Of a DNA stretch of 64,000 nt, positions 39,189 through 51,369 are shown piece after piece. Origin of the DNA: Ministeria vibrans ATCC 50519. Taxonomy: Eukaryota; Protista; Filasterea. Within the stretch, counting starts at the first letter, position 1, and every line of letters starts with the position of its first letter. The stretch covers positions 79,089 to 143,088 of the forward strand of contig CALSCP010001656.1 in NCBI GenBank assembly GCA_943704425.1, written 5' to 3'. The translations under genes and the position numbers were made by a program. A model generated the notes under the pieces. That model was given only the letters and a program-made list of their open reading frames with translations. It searched no databases and had not been told where the DNA came from.

Positions 39189-39646
39189 ATGTCATCTAAT
39201 TTAATATCAATCCTTGGATCATTTGAGGAGAAGTGGAGTCCGCGTGTGGTCACGACGATCAACGATTATGACGTAAAGGTTGCGAAAATTGACGGAGATT
39301 TCTGTTGGCATTCGCATGAGACGACCGACGAGCTATTCATGGTCTTGTCGGGCTCATTGACGATCAACGAACGGGAAAGGAAGGATGGACCCGTGACACG
39401 TGTTGTTCTTGGACCCATGGACGTATACGTGGTTAAAAAAGGTTAAAACTTCATTAATGTTTCAGTTTTCTCACCCCACTCATTCATTTCCTGGAAGGGA
39501 TCGAGCATTTCCCGCAAGCGAGCGACGCACAGATTATGTTGTTTGAGCCACGAGGAACAGTTAATGTGGGAGATACGCAGGCGTCGGACGCTTCCCATCT
39601 TGTAGCGACCGTCGGAAAATCACTTGTGACTGATGAACTCAAATGA
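39189..39646 (+). CDS. Small cupin-domain protein of bacterial type; one intron 39442-39497
   Basis: WSPRVV..INDYDVKVAKIDGDFCWHSHETTDELF...VVKKG|IEHFP...LFEPRGTVNVGD (H-x-H-x4-E...H metal motif). Confidence 0.88.
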
Positions 39647-39718
39647 GATTTTGTTACCAAATAAAAATAATAATTATTATTTATAATAATATAATATAAT
39701 AACTCGATTTCCTTACCG

Positions 39719-41006
39719 ATGTTGACCGCATGGTACATTAGACGTGCTGCACGACCGATCGTGTCGCTCTGCAGATGTTTTGTGGGGAGACCAGGGCCTG
39801 CGCCGCGTCGGGTTCTCTCGACCAACCCCTCATTTGAAGGACCGCCGCCACCGCCACGAGCGCTGCCCGACGTGTCTAAAGGTGGCGCATCGACGCCTCT
39901 TACTGGGCCACCAACCTCTCCTCTGATGGGCGAGCTCGGGCGTGTCTCGATGGTGCGCCTGGAGGAGTTGGACAAGGCGTTGCGAGCGCGCGGCTTCAAC
40001 ACACTCCAGGTGCTCGGCGGAGTTGTCTTTGTCGTTGCAGCCGTTATCTACGGTTTGCGAGAGTCGTTGCGAGACAATTTGTCGGGTACGCACGTGTGCG
40101 CGCACTCAAATGGTCGCGTTACAGTCAGAAGTAAGATAATGTTGTTATGATTCCTCGTTAGGGGAAGTTGCTCAAGTTGCGGGTCGAGCGATTACCGACG
40201 AAACTGTTGTGTCTAAGGCAGAGGAATTCTCCCGGTCGATTCTCCATCAGATTTTGAACGATCCGTCACTCATCGAGAAGGCGTCGGGCTTTGTTGTACA
40301 AGTGATCAAGCGTCCCGAGACACTTGAGGCGATTGTGACACTTTTGCACGACTTGACGCGAGATGAACAGACCCGCGAGTCACTGGGACAGTTACTCTCG
40401 CAGCTTTTGATGCGTGATGAGACTCGCACGGCGCTCTTGGAGATGTTGCGCGTGCTGGGCGACCAAGAAGGATTCCGACAGTTTACGTCGCAGCTGACGG
40501 CGGACATTGTTGCGTCGCAGATTGTGCGTGCTCGAGCCACCGAGCTCGGCCTCTCGGTGGTGCACAATGTGATGGAGGACGAAAAGGTACGACAACACCT
40601 GAAAGACTTGTTTGCAACGGTGTTGCAAGACAAGGCGTTGCACGTGCGCGGCGGGGAAGCGCTGCGCGGCGCTATTCGACACAGTCTGTGGCCGTTTGGC
40701 CGCAAGTCAGAAGAGGCGGAGTCCGAAGAAGAGGTTGACATAAAGAGCGGCGAAGAAGTTGGAGAAGTCGAGGAGGAGGAGAAGAAGGAGAAGAAGAGAG
40801 GGGACCTGGAGGATGTGGTGTTGTTGGAGGAAGACGACGATGGGACTGTGGTGTTGGTCGTAGTAGAAGGGGAGAAGGCAGACGTGGAAGATATGTTAAG
40901 GACAAAGGTTGCGAAGGACGAGGCGGGGGTTGACGACGAGTATGAGTATGAGGAAGTTGACGAAGATGAGGAGGAGGACGATGACTATGAATATGAGTAT
41001 GTATGA
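39719..41006 (+). CDS. Uncharacterised putative mitochondrial membrane protein with acidic tail; one intron
   Basis: Arg-rich presequence-like N-terminus, a single TM (VLGGVVFVVAAVIY), helical repeats and an E/D-rich C-terminus. Confidence 0.65.
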
Positions 41007-41310
41007 AAATGATGAAATTAAACAAGAGTAGAAAGAAACTCATGACTATTACAAACAAACAGAGTATTAAATATTAATTAATGACTGTTTACTGACTGAC
41101 ACTCTGTGGCAGTGCGAGCGAGTGTGCAGTGTAGTCTGTCTGACTCGTGAGAGCTCACTCGCGACTCAAATCAGTGTGAATCAGATGTTTGAAAGTGAAA
41201 GTTTGCAAATTATTTATATATTTTTATTATTTATTCGCTTGACACTCTTTCAGTCTTTCTTGCTCTTAACTTTCACAGCGTATACATCACGTGGAAGCCC
41301 TGTTACCACG

Positions 41311-44043
41311 ATGGGTCATCTCTACCGCTCCGTATGGCTCCCACATCAGTCATCCTTTGCTCACTTTTGTCTCCCGTTCGCCCTGTAGGAGGAGATGTCC
41401 CGCGTCGAGCTGTACCTGCAGACAGACGAAGCATATCAGTGTGCCCGAGAGATTGGGCATCTGGGGATGGTCGCTTTTGACGATGTACGATGTTTCTTTC
41501 TTTTTTTTTTTTCGCTTTCTTTTTTCGCTCCTCTCTCTCTTCTCTCTATCTCCTTCGCCAGACTCCTTTTTCTGCCGAATTGGAGCGCATCTTGTTCACT
41601 TCTGTATTCCAAGGCGCCTCCCCCACCCCTTTGAATGGCTCTTTTACGATTTTTTGAAACCCCAAATCCTCTCACATTTGTCTCTCTCCTCTCCCTCCCT
41701 CCCTCTCTTTTGTTCCCAGATGAACCCAGACGTGTCGGCGTTCCAACGGCGCTTTGTAGGCGAAGTGAGGAGATGCGATGAAATGGACCGCAAGCTTCGA
41801 TTCTTCAATTCTCAGCTTGAGGCGGTAAAACGCAATGGATGACAACACAGATCAACAGATGCACTGATAAAATGTAACACAATATGCCAGGAGAACATCG
41901 GGGTCAGCGGCACAATTGCGACTTCGAACTCGGTAAGTGCGGACGCGCGCGACATGGACGACCTCGAGACGCAGTTTGACATGATGGACTCGGAATTGCG
42001 GGAGATGAACCGAAACGAAGATTCGCTGCGACGCGACCTGCTTCGACTGGTCGAGATGAACTACATCTTGCAGCTTACGGCAACGTTTTTTGCGGAGGCC
42101 GAGGCGCGCGTGACCGAGGAGCCCAGCGAGGACGTCGAGAGTGGCAACGTGCATTTGTCATTTGTGACGGGTGTCATCAACCGGTCGTTGTGGCAAGCAT
42201 TTGAGCGTATCATGTGGCGTGTGAGTCGCGGCAATGTATTCCTGCGCATGGCGGACATTGATGAGCCTCTGCGTGATCTCAAGACGCAAAAGAACGTCTC
42301 CAAGGCGGTTTTCATTGCCTTCTTTCATGGTGCGCAGCTGCAGCACCGCGTCCATCGCATCTGCGAGGCCTTCGACGCGTCTCTCTACCCGTGCCCGGCC
42401 ACGGCGGATAAGCGCTCGGACGCTACCGCCAAGGTTGCGGACAACATCCAGGAGCACCAGAGTGTGCTCACCAAAACAGCGTTTCATCGGCTGCGAGTCC
42501 TCCGCACCGTTGCCGAGCACATTGACACTTGGCAGATCAAGGTCCTTCAGCTCAAGCGTGTCTACTCCATCCTCAACAATTTCCGCTCTGACTCGGGCCA
42601 GAAGTTTTTTGTCGGTGAAGGCTGGGTGCCTACCTTTGCCCTTGACAAGGTGAAAAAGAAAAAAGAATTTTTTTAATTTTTTTTGTCATGAATCTTATTA
42701 AATTTTACTTTTAACTGAATCTTCGACTGTTGTTTTAGGTACGAGCTGCATTGCGTCGGGCGCAGGCACTCGACAGCGCTGGAGGAGATGCCGGAAGTGG
42801 CAGTGGCGAAGGGGGACACTCGATGTTGCGCACTATTTCCGCCAGCACCAAACCGCCCACGTATCACCAAGTGAACAAGTTTACGCGAGGCTTTCAGCAG
42901 ATTGTCGATGCGTACGGTGTTGCATCGTACCGCGAAGTCAACCCAGGCCTCTTCACCATCATCACATTCCCTTTCCTCTTTGGCGTCATGTTCGGCGACA
43001 TTGGTCACGGTATTATCATGGCTCTCTTTGCCTTTTACCTTTGCTACAAAGAAAAACAGGTAGTGCGTTTTGTGATGTGCACTCGTGTAAAAATCGCGAC
43101 CTTGCTGACACTCCCTCGCTTTTTTTTTTTCTAGTTCCAAGGATGGAAGGGCGGCGGAGAGATCTTCAATACGATTTTCGGCGGGCGCTACATCATTTTA
43201 CTGATGGGTATCTTCTCCATCTACACCGGCTTTGTCTACAACGACCTTTTCAGCAAGTCTATTAATCTGTTTGGCTCGTCGTGGGACCTCAAGCTGCCCA
43301 TTGAGGGCTCGTCCGAATCCCTCGACCCCGACCCCATCTCCAAGGGCGGCGACTTTTCTGGCAGTCCCTATGTCTTTGGCATCGATCCCATGTGGAGTCT
43401 TGCTTCGAACAAACTCACCTTCATCAACTCGTAAGGCGAGAGAACGCTGCTTGAAAACGAAGCGCGTTCCTCATCTCATTTCGTTCCCATCTCTCTTTCA
43501 GCTACAAAATGAAAATGTCCGTTGTGATTGGAGTCATCCACATGACGTTTGGCGTGGTCCTGTCCTGTTTCAACCACATCTACTTCAAAAACTACATTTC
43601 CATTGTGGCTGAGTTTATCCCGGGCGTACGTTTTAATTTTTTTGTGTTTTGTCTTTCTATTTTTTTCCGTTTTGTTCTTTGTTTGTTTGTTGTTTGTTGT
43701 TTTTTTCTTTTCTTTTTTGTGTTTTACTCATGTCTCCATCTGTAGCTTCTTTTCCTCGAGTGCATCTTTGGTTACCTTGTTTTTCTCATCATTTTCAAAT
43801 GGGTCAACTACTATGCCCATGGCAACGCTCCTTCGCTGCTCATCACCCTCATCAACATGTTTCTCAAGCCAGGTATCGAACCACGAATCAGCTGACCACA
43901 CTTCATTTCTTAGGCATATTATTATGTTATTTATTATTATGTTGTCATTATAAATTAGTTTCAATTGTAGTATTAATTTGTTTGTTGTCGTTGTTATTGT
44001 AATAAGTTTTATAATAATAACAATTATTATTATTAATTTAATA

Positions 44044-44129
<86 letters not shown>

Positions 44130-44907
44130 ACCTTTTATTTTTAGGCAAAATTGCAAAAGAAGACGAGCTGTTTAGCGGACAGTCATCGATCCAAACGGCG
44201 CTCGTGTTGATCGCCGTTGCGTGCGTTCCCGTTATGCTACTGCTCAAGCCCTTTTGGTTGCGTCGTAAGCACCGCCTTGAAGTGGAGCGCAAGTTGGGGC
44301 CCAAGGCACAGTCGCGTGCCGGCGGCTATGTGTCGCTGCCCACGCATGAACCCATCAACAGCGACGCCGGTGACTTTGACGTGGAGTCGCGACTCATTGA
44401 CGACGATGCCGTTGCCGTCACGCCTGGTGCTAATGTCACCGACTCACACGGTCATGGTAGTGGTCATTTTGACTTTGGTGAAATCTTTGTTCATCAGGTA
44501 CGACGCTTTTTATTATTATCTTATTTTTATAATACGTCTTATTATTGCTGTTGTATCTTTTTTTCTCGTTCAAAAAGTGCATCCATACGATTGAGTTCTG
44601 CCTCGGTTGCATTTCCAACACTGCATCGTACTTGCGACTGTGGGCCCTATCGCTGGCGCACGCTGAGCTTAGCGAAGTGCTGTGGAACATGGTCCTCAAA
44701 ATGGGTCTCAAGGGCAACGTTGCTGTTCTGTTTTTTGCTTGGGGCTTCTGGGCGGTGCTCACGGTCGCTGTGCTTCTCATCATGGAGGGCCTCAGTGCGT
44801 TTTTGCACGCACTGCGTCTTCATTGGGTTGAGTTTCAAAACAAATTTTACGAGGGTGACGGCAGGCGCTTTGTTCCCTTCTCCTTTGTTGACGATGACGA
44901 CGAGTAA
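41311..44907 (+). CDS. ATP6V0A: V-type H+-ATPase V0 subunit a; multi-exon
   Basis: MGHLYRS|[92 protein letters not shown]. Confidence 0.98.
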
Positions 44908-45366
44908 ACAAAAATTAATTCTTTTTTTCAACACATTCTATCTATCGCTTTCATTGATTCGAAGGTGGGTAAGACGAAAGTGACCCTGACGAAGTCCTTC
45001 AGGTTTAACTTGAAGAGCCCGATAATAAATATAAAAAATTGATAAGAAAATGAATAAAATCTAATATTAAAAGAACAAAGTGAAGTAATACAATACGTCC
45101 GCCATAGAGATCATAAGTTTTTTTTGTTTGTTCAGTTTTGAACGATCGATTCTCTAATACTTTTGGACAGCTTATCAGAGCTCTAAGCTCCCACTGCCCA
45201 CTGGGAGTATGGCATACCATTGCGGTGAGAACCTCACTGGATAGCGATTGCACTCGTGCTTTTGTTGTGATTGTATGGAGAATATAATAAGAATAATTAT
45301 TAGTATTCATTTTGGATACTTTTTTCAGACTTGAGTTAGTTGCTCGTGCACAATAAGCACATTGTC

Positions 45367-48300
45367 ATGTGGGTGGTTGCATTTCTGTGCGCCCTTATGG
45401 TGGCAACGCCCGGGACGGTTGTTGCATCGTCTCGATCGCAAATGTCCACCAACTCCCTCGGCTCAATTGTCATCGAGCCGCAGAGCGGAAGCGTGGTTGT
45501 GTCAGGCAATCTTACTGTCAACGGAACCCTCTTCACTGCGCATCTTTCTGATGCGTACATCCAACAAACTGTGTTTTCGATTCTGCGGTTAGTACCACGA
45601 AAATATAATAATAACACGAAGAAAGAACATCGGTCGCTTATGGTCGCCCCCTGTCACTGTAGGACCAAGTATCCATGCTACTCGTCCCCTTGCCAGAACG
45701 GCGCTCTCTGCCACGAGGCGAATGAGTCATTTCAGTGCCAATGTCTTGATGGATTCAGCGGCACCACTTGCGACGTTGCTCTCGATCGATGCGCATCGTC
45801 TCCCTGCCTCAACGGCGCTGCGTGCCATTCCTACGTGCTGGCTGCAGGCTGCAGTGCGTCAGTGATGGCAAATTGTAGCTGTGCAGCGGGCTTCACGGGT
45901 GCGCTGTGCGAGTCGCCGCTGGACGCATGTCTCTCGTCGCCTTGCCGACAGGGCGCTCAATGCATTGTCATCGAGAGCATTGCCTCCTACCACTGTATCT
46001 GTCCCACCGGCTATACCGGTGCGCAGTGTGACGTGATTGTCGATCCGTGCGAGTCGTCGCCATGTCGAAACGGCGGTGCATGTAGCAGCGTCACCACAGG
46101 CGCTGTGCCAGGCTGGACCTACAGCTGCGTGTGCACCGCCACCGGCTACCATGGCGACACATGTGCTCTTCCCCTTGGATGCACTGTCAGCGAATGGACG
46201 AGCTGGTCGTGTAACGCCACGTGTGGCACGGGTACACAGGTGCGCTCGCGACAGTACGTTGAGGAGCCTTGCTTCGCCATTGGTGACCTGCCCGACAACG
46301 AGCCGGGCCAAGAGACAGCACTCTGCACAAGATACGAGGCGTGTTCTATCGGCCAAACATGTGCCCTCTCGCAGTGGTCCTCTTGGTCGTCTTGCGACGC
46401 CTCCATTTGTGAGAAGTTGCGCACTCGCGTCGTCGATTCGCCAGGCGTGGATTGCCAGGGCGCGCCTCTTCGCCAGCGCACTCTCTGTTCCGGTTCGTGT
46501 CTACAGTGCCCTACCAGTGGCACGATTGTCGTCAGTGAGAACAGCGCCTACACCTTTCCCAACATTTCTTGTCCCCACTTGGTCGGTGATCTGGTGGTCG
46601 AAGGAACTTTCACAAGCGACATTAAGAGTGCCTTTCCGTCCGCCCTCGTTGCCTTTCTTCGTGCACTCCGTAAGATCACAGGCAGCCTTACAATCCGCCA
46701 AACAAACTTTCCAAGACTCTCCCTCTTGTCAAACCTGCTCTTTGTTAACGGCTCGCTCACCATCACGTCGAACCCGTTGCTCGCGTCGCTGGCCGGACTC
46801 GACGAGCTTTCATTGCTCGCCGGCTCACTCACTCTCGCCGACAATCCGTTGTTAGTCTCAGTCGACTCCCTCGCCTCCCTACGACACACCACGGACATGC
46901 ATGTGGGCAGCCGTTCTGTTCGAATCCACCTTGTCAACCTGCCCAGCCTTTGGCCGCTGCGCTCTCTCACATGGTCATCTCTCGACGCGGTTTCCGTCGA
47001 ATGTGATACTCTCGGCTCCTTTGACTTTCTCAATGCTACCTCATCGTTTGCTGGTAGTCTGTCTCTCTCGCGTGGCCTTGTCGACACACTCGAGGACCTC
47101 TCCGGCATCGCGACAGTTGCCGGCAACTTCACGATCGCCCACTTGGCCTATCTAAAGCGCATTGACCACCTTGCGGTCACTCAAGTGATGGGCGTGTGTG
47201 TGTTCCAAAACAACACCATAGAGCAATTCAGCGTACCGTTCGAGTCGGTTACCACTGCTGCTGGCTATCTTGTCGAGGAAAACACCTTTGGCGGTGCCGG
47301 GATGCCTTTTCAAGTGCCCTTCATAGACATGTCGAATCTGCCTGCGCAAGGAATGTCTATCCGAAACAACAGCTTTTTGGCTGGGCAGCTGTGGCACCTT
47401 TTGTTCACGCCAGGACCTCCTCCCAATAACGCTCAGTTGCCCTCGGCTCCCATCAGCATCGTGGGCAACAATGGCCTCCACCATCTTACGTATTCCCCGC
47501 CATTTGCTTTTCACGCCGTTTCCACCCTCGACATCTCAAGCAACCCTTCCCTTGTCGAGGTGGAACTGACCAACCCAACGCCTGGCCAGGCATCCGTCCA
47601 GTCGCTCACTATTCGCGACAACGACATGCTCAACTCTCTTGCCCCCGACAGCTCCTTCTCCGTCCCTGACACGGCTACCTTTGAGTCATGCCCCCAACTC
47701 AGCGTCGCCCAAGTCAACCGCCTTACAGACGTGGGAACTCTTCACATCGTTGAGATGGTGCTTTTCCAGGGCTCCACAACCTCGCTGACGACTACAGTCA
47801 CCCATCTTGTGGTAAGAAAACAATATTAATTTATTATTAATTGTCTTATTATTATTATTATTATTATCATTATTTTATTACTATTATTACGATTGCCTCT
47901 CTGGATAGCGATTGCTCTCGTGCTTTTGTTGCTGATTTATTATTATTATTATTTGTTATTATTATTATTGTTATTTTATTATTATTATTATTTAGATTGG
48001 AGACAGCATTAGTGCAGCCGTTCTGCAAAATGTGCCAACAGTTTCTTTGCAATCGGTAACCTACAGCGGGCCCATGGTGACGACAATCCAACAATCGCCG
48101 TTGCTGACAAACAATAATAACATTGAGCTCACCATTGCTAACACAAACATTGCCGGCTCGCTGAACATGGACTGGCTAACGACAATCAAGTCGCTCGACG
48201 TGTCTCATAACCCAACACTGACTCACCTGAGTCTGGCCGGTCTTGTCAGCGCCGATACGAATTTTAATATAACCTTTTCTTGGAACGCTAACCTCATTGA

Positions 48301-48889
48301 CGTGCGCATGAATGCCTTCAAGCATGCCAATGCTGTCGTCTACGCACACAACCCAAGCCTGCACGACCTTGCTCATGTTGATCCCACCTGCTACGTGAAT
48401 TTGCTTTACGTCGAAGACTGTGCCTTTACCAACCTCAACGAATGGGACGAATGCTACATCCAGTCACTCATCCTTGTCGACCTACCTCAGTTTGAACAGT
48501 TCAATGCATTCATTGATCTTCCACCGGACATGACCAATCTCGTGCTGCACAACCTCCCTAAGGCGTCGTTTGACCTCGATGGACACTCGACCAATTCGCT
48601 GCTTGCGGGCATCAAGACCCTGGTGAACCTGTCTATACGCAACTGCACGTCGACCACGACGTTCTTCAAGTGCTTTTATGAGCTCACCACTATCACGGGA
48701 ACCTTCACATTTGTAGACAACGGTTTTCATGGAGTTGACCCGAAGTCATTTGAAAAGCTCACGTACGCAAATGATTTGTACTGGGACTCGCCAAATACTC
48801 CCATATGCATCTCGATGTCTGACAAGCTCTACAACATTCGAAACAATCAAGGAGATATAGTCACCAGCACGACGCTATGGAGTTGTTGA
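45367..48889 (+). CDS. Secreted multidomain protein: EGF-like x4, thrombospondin type-1 x2, receptor-L/LRR-like beta-solenoid; about 2 introns
   Basis: Signal peptide; C-x-SSPC-x-NG EGF repeats; VSEWTSWSCNATCGTGTQVRSR and LSQWSSWSSC TSP1 motifs; LxxIxGSLxIxxN repeats; no C-terminal TM. Confidence 0.85.
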
Positions 48890-49233
48890 TGATTGACGAC
48901 TTTTAATTGTATACATTGATAAGAATAGTAATAATAATTATTATTATTATTATTATTATTATAATTTTTAATTATTTTATTATTATTATTATTACAATCC
49001 CATTAATCTTATTAAAATATAATTATTATTAATAATTATTTTAATAATAATAATAATAATCCAATTTCTCAGGGCCGGTCGGAGCGTAGTGCCCGAACTT
49101 GTTACACTCGCTACAACGACCGCGGCGCTTTAGAGGGCGGTTAGTGTCGGTTTCCTCTTCCTCTTCCTCCTCCCCTTACTCATCATTATCATCATCACCA
49201 TCAATAATAATAATATTATTAATAATAATAATA

Positions 49234-49280
<47 letters not shown>

Positions 49281-49790
49281 CAAAGTTATGGTCGTTTGAA
49301 AAACACCGCGTTCTAATCAGGCAGGAGACTGATCAAAAAAAACTATGGAAATATTTTTATTGTTATTCTGCTATTGTTCGATAGGAGTTTGATATCGAGT
49401 ATTTGTCCTGGGCCTGATCTTCCATAGCGTTTTTTTCACTTTCTTTTGCATCACCCATTTTGGTGCAGAATTTCCACTTTTCTCTTGCGTTCCAAAATAC
49501 CCTCTTAATAACAAGCAATAACAAATCACAAGTTTCAAAAAAAAATTACTATAATTATCGAGTTTTTTTTTGATAAATCTTTTTTAATCAGTCTCAGGCT
49601 AGTAATAAGAGGTCACCGACTTTTTTTTCGTCGCTGTGGTGAGTGTAGTATCAATTTTCATTTTGGATATATCGCCAACAAATTCTGACAGGAAAGAGCG
49701 AATCGTTATCGCGTGCGTCCCCCTCCCGCACCCCCCCCTCCCCCNNNNNNNNNNAAAAAAAAAAAACGTAATAATTAAAAAATTAAAAAG

Positions 49791-49861
49791 TGTCTGGACC
49801 GGGAATCGGACCCGGGTCGACCGCGTGGCAGGCGATCATCATACCACTAGACCACCCAGAC
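49791..49861 (-). tRNA. tRNA-Gly(GCC), atypical (U2:A71 pair, C at position 55)
   Basis: Minus strand GTCTGGG TGGTCTAGTGGTATGATG ATCGC CTGCCAC GCGGT CGAC CCGGG TCCGATT CCCGG TCCAGAC A folds as a cloverleaf and is followed by an oligo-T Pol III terminator. Confidence 0.85.
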
Positions 49862-49925
49862 AGTCATACATGCAGACCTTCGCGCTCAAATGTGGTACAT
49901 AACCCTATCGTCAAATTGACCTAGC

Positions 49926-49947
49926 TTAGGGTTAGGGTTAGGGTTAG
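49926..49947 (+). repeat. Interstitial telomeric repeat (TTAGGG)3+
   Basis: TTAGGGTTAGGGTTAGGGTTAG, same polarity as the terminal telomere. Confidence 0.9.
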
Positions 49948-50224
49948 ACGTTGTGTTTGTTTGTTTGGTCTTGTCTTTGTTATTGTAGCGTTTTGTGTTA
50001 CTTTTGTGTGTGTGACTGTGTTGTTTTGTTAATGTTCGTGATTGTTTGTTTTTGATATTATGTGTGTTGTCTTGGATTTTGTTCTTTGGTGTTGCTTGTA
50101 GAATCCTCTTGTGTGTGTTTGTTTTTGATGTGTGTGTTGAGGATCGCGATGTATTCCGAGTGGGCCCCATAAGCTGCTTGAGTACGTGTTAAACGTCTGA
50201 ATACAATCGTAAAGTTCATGTTTC

Positions 50225-50248
50225 GGTTAGGGTTAGGGTTAGGGTTAG
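50225..50248 (+). repeat. Interstitial telomeric repeat (TTAGGG)3+
   Basis: GGTTAGGGTTAGGGTTAGGGTTAG, same polarity as the terminal telomere. Confidence 0.9.
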
Positions 50249-50303
50249 TAGAGCCAAAATATTATAATGTTACCCAGAAGTATAATTATAAATAATTATT
50301 ATT

Positions 50304-51345
50304 ATGGCTGATTCAACAACATCTCGGCATCCCCCCAGCAACGGATCCAGCTACTCTCAGAATGAGGTGATTCGTTTTGAAATTCCAAGTCATTTAGACT
50401 ATTTTTGTCCCTCAGAGTCAGATCTCGAACTAACCTGCAGTCTTTCAGACTCCGGAGCCACCTAGTTTTGACGAAGAAGCGGGACCATTCGGATTGATTA
50501 AATCTATATTAGAGCTACCTGGAAATACAGTGACTGAGGAGCTACCGGATTGTTACCTCCTTGCTCAAAAATTCGTGCGAGTGGCGGTACATTAAGTTTC
50601 AGAGCGCTACCCAGTGGAATGAGAGAGGAAGGACAAACTGCTCAAAAATTCACTCTCGATTTATCCATGATTAGTGGGTTCTGGTCCAAAAAATCATGTT
50701 TACCTATCAAGGAAGCACAAAACGGCGGATTAACGATGGAGATTGAGCTTAATCCAGTAAATACAGCTGTGACCAAAGTTGGTTCAGGAACGCTCAGTAA
50801 TATCTTCGTAATATCACTTATTCACTAACAAATGTCAATCTTGTTACTGTCAGTCAGCGTCTACCTTCGAATTGGAAGGAGATTTTTACTGAAGAAACTG
50901 TTGATAAGATGTCTGCCGATGAAGGTGCTACAGTCAATTTCATCACAGCTCAACGAACACTCCATTCTGTTGGTTCCAGTATTATCACTCCGATTTTTGA
51001 TTTGAGTTCAGCTTGTGCCCATCACAATTGTATTGGTCTCCTAACAATCCCAAAGCCTTCAGCAGCTCCCGTTGCAGATAGGACAAACAAATTATCAATT
51101 ATTAGTGTCAAGGACGGAGCCACCAATGTTCATTGGAATATTAACAATGTGACGAGCGAGACCCTCACAGCGCATTAACAGAAGTAAAAATACCCTCAAC
51201 TCCTAAACAGCGAAATATCTCACTTCATGAACACTGTGAAGTGACTTCTAACAGAGTATAAACAGCTTAACGCTGCTGAGAAGAAGTTTATTTATGGCCT
51301 TGCAGGGAAGGAAAACTCAAAAAATCTCATTGGAGAGCAGGTTCA
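50304..51345 (+). pseudogene. Decayed major capsid protein (double jelly-roll) of a Polinton-like virus; endogenous viral element
   Basis: Frameshifted intronless fragments SNGSSYSQNEVIRFEIPSHLDYFCPSES, AGPFGLIKSI..GNTVTEEL, KFTLDLSMISGFWSKKSCLP..GGLTMEIEL, GATVNF and KFIYGL fall in the order expected for PLV capsids. Visibly AT-richer than host exons. Confidence 0.72.
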
Positions 51346-51369
51346 GTGTTCGTTCAGTGTCAAATCTAA

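Noticed and set aside
43978-44304. Poly-Ile / poly-Asn ORFs (also 7300-7500, 29040-29120, 49099-49299)
   Set aside because: Translations of (ATT)n microsatellites in introns or intergenic DNA.
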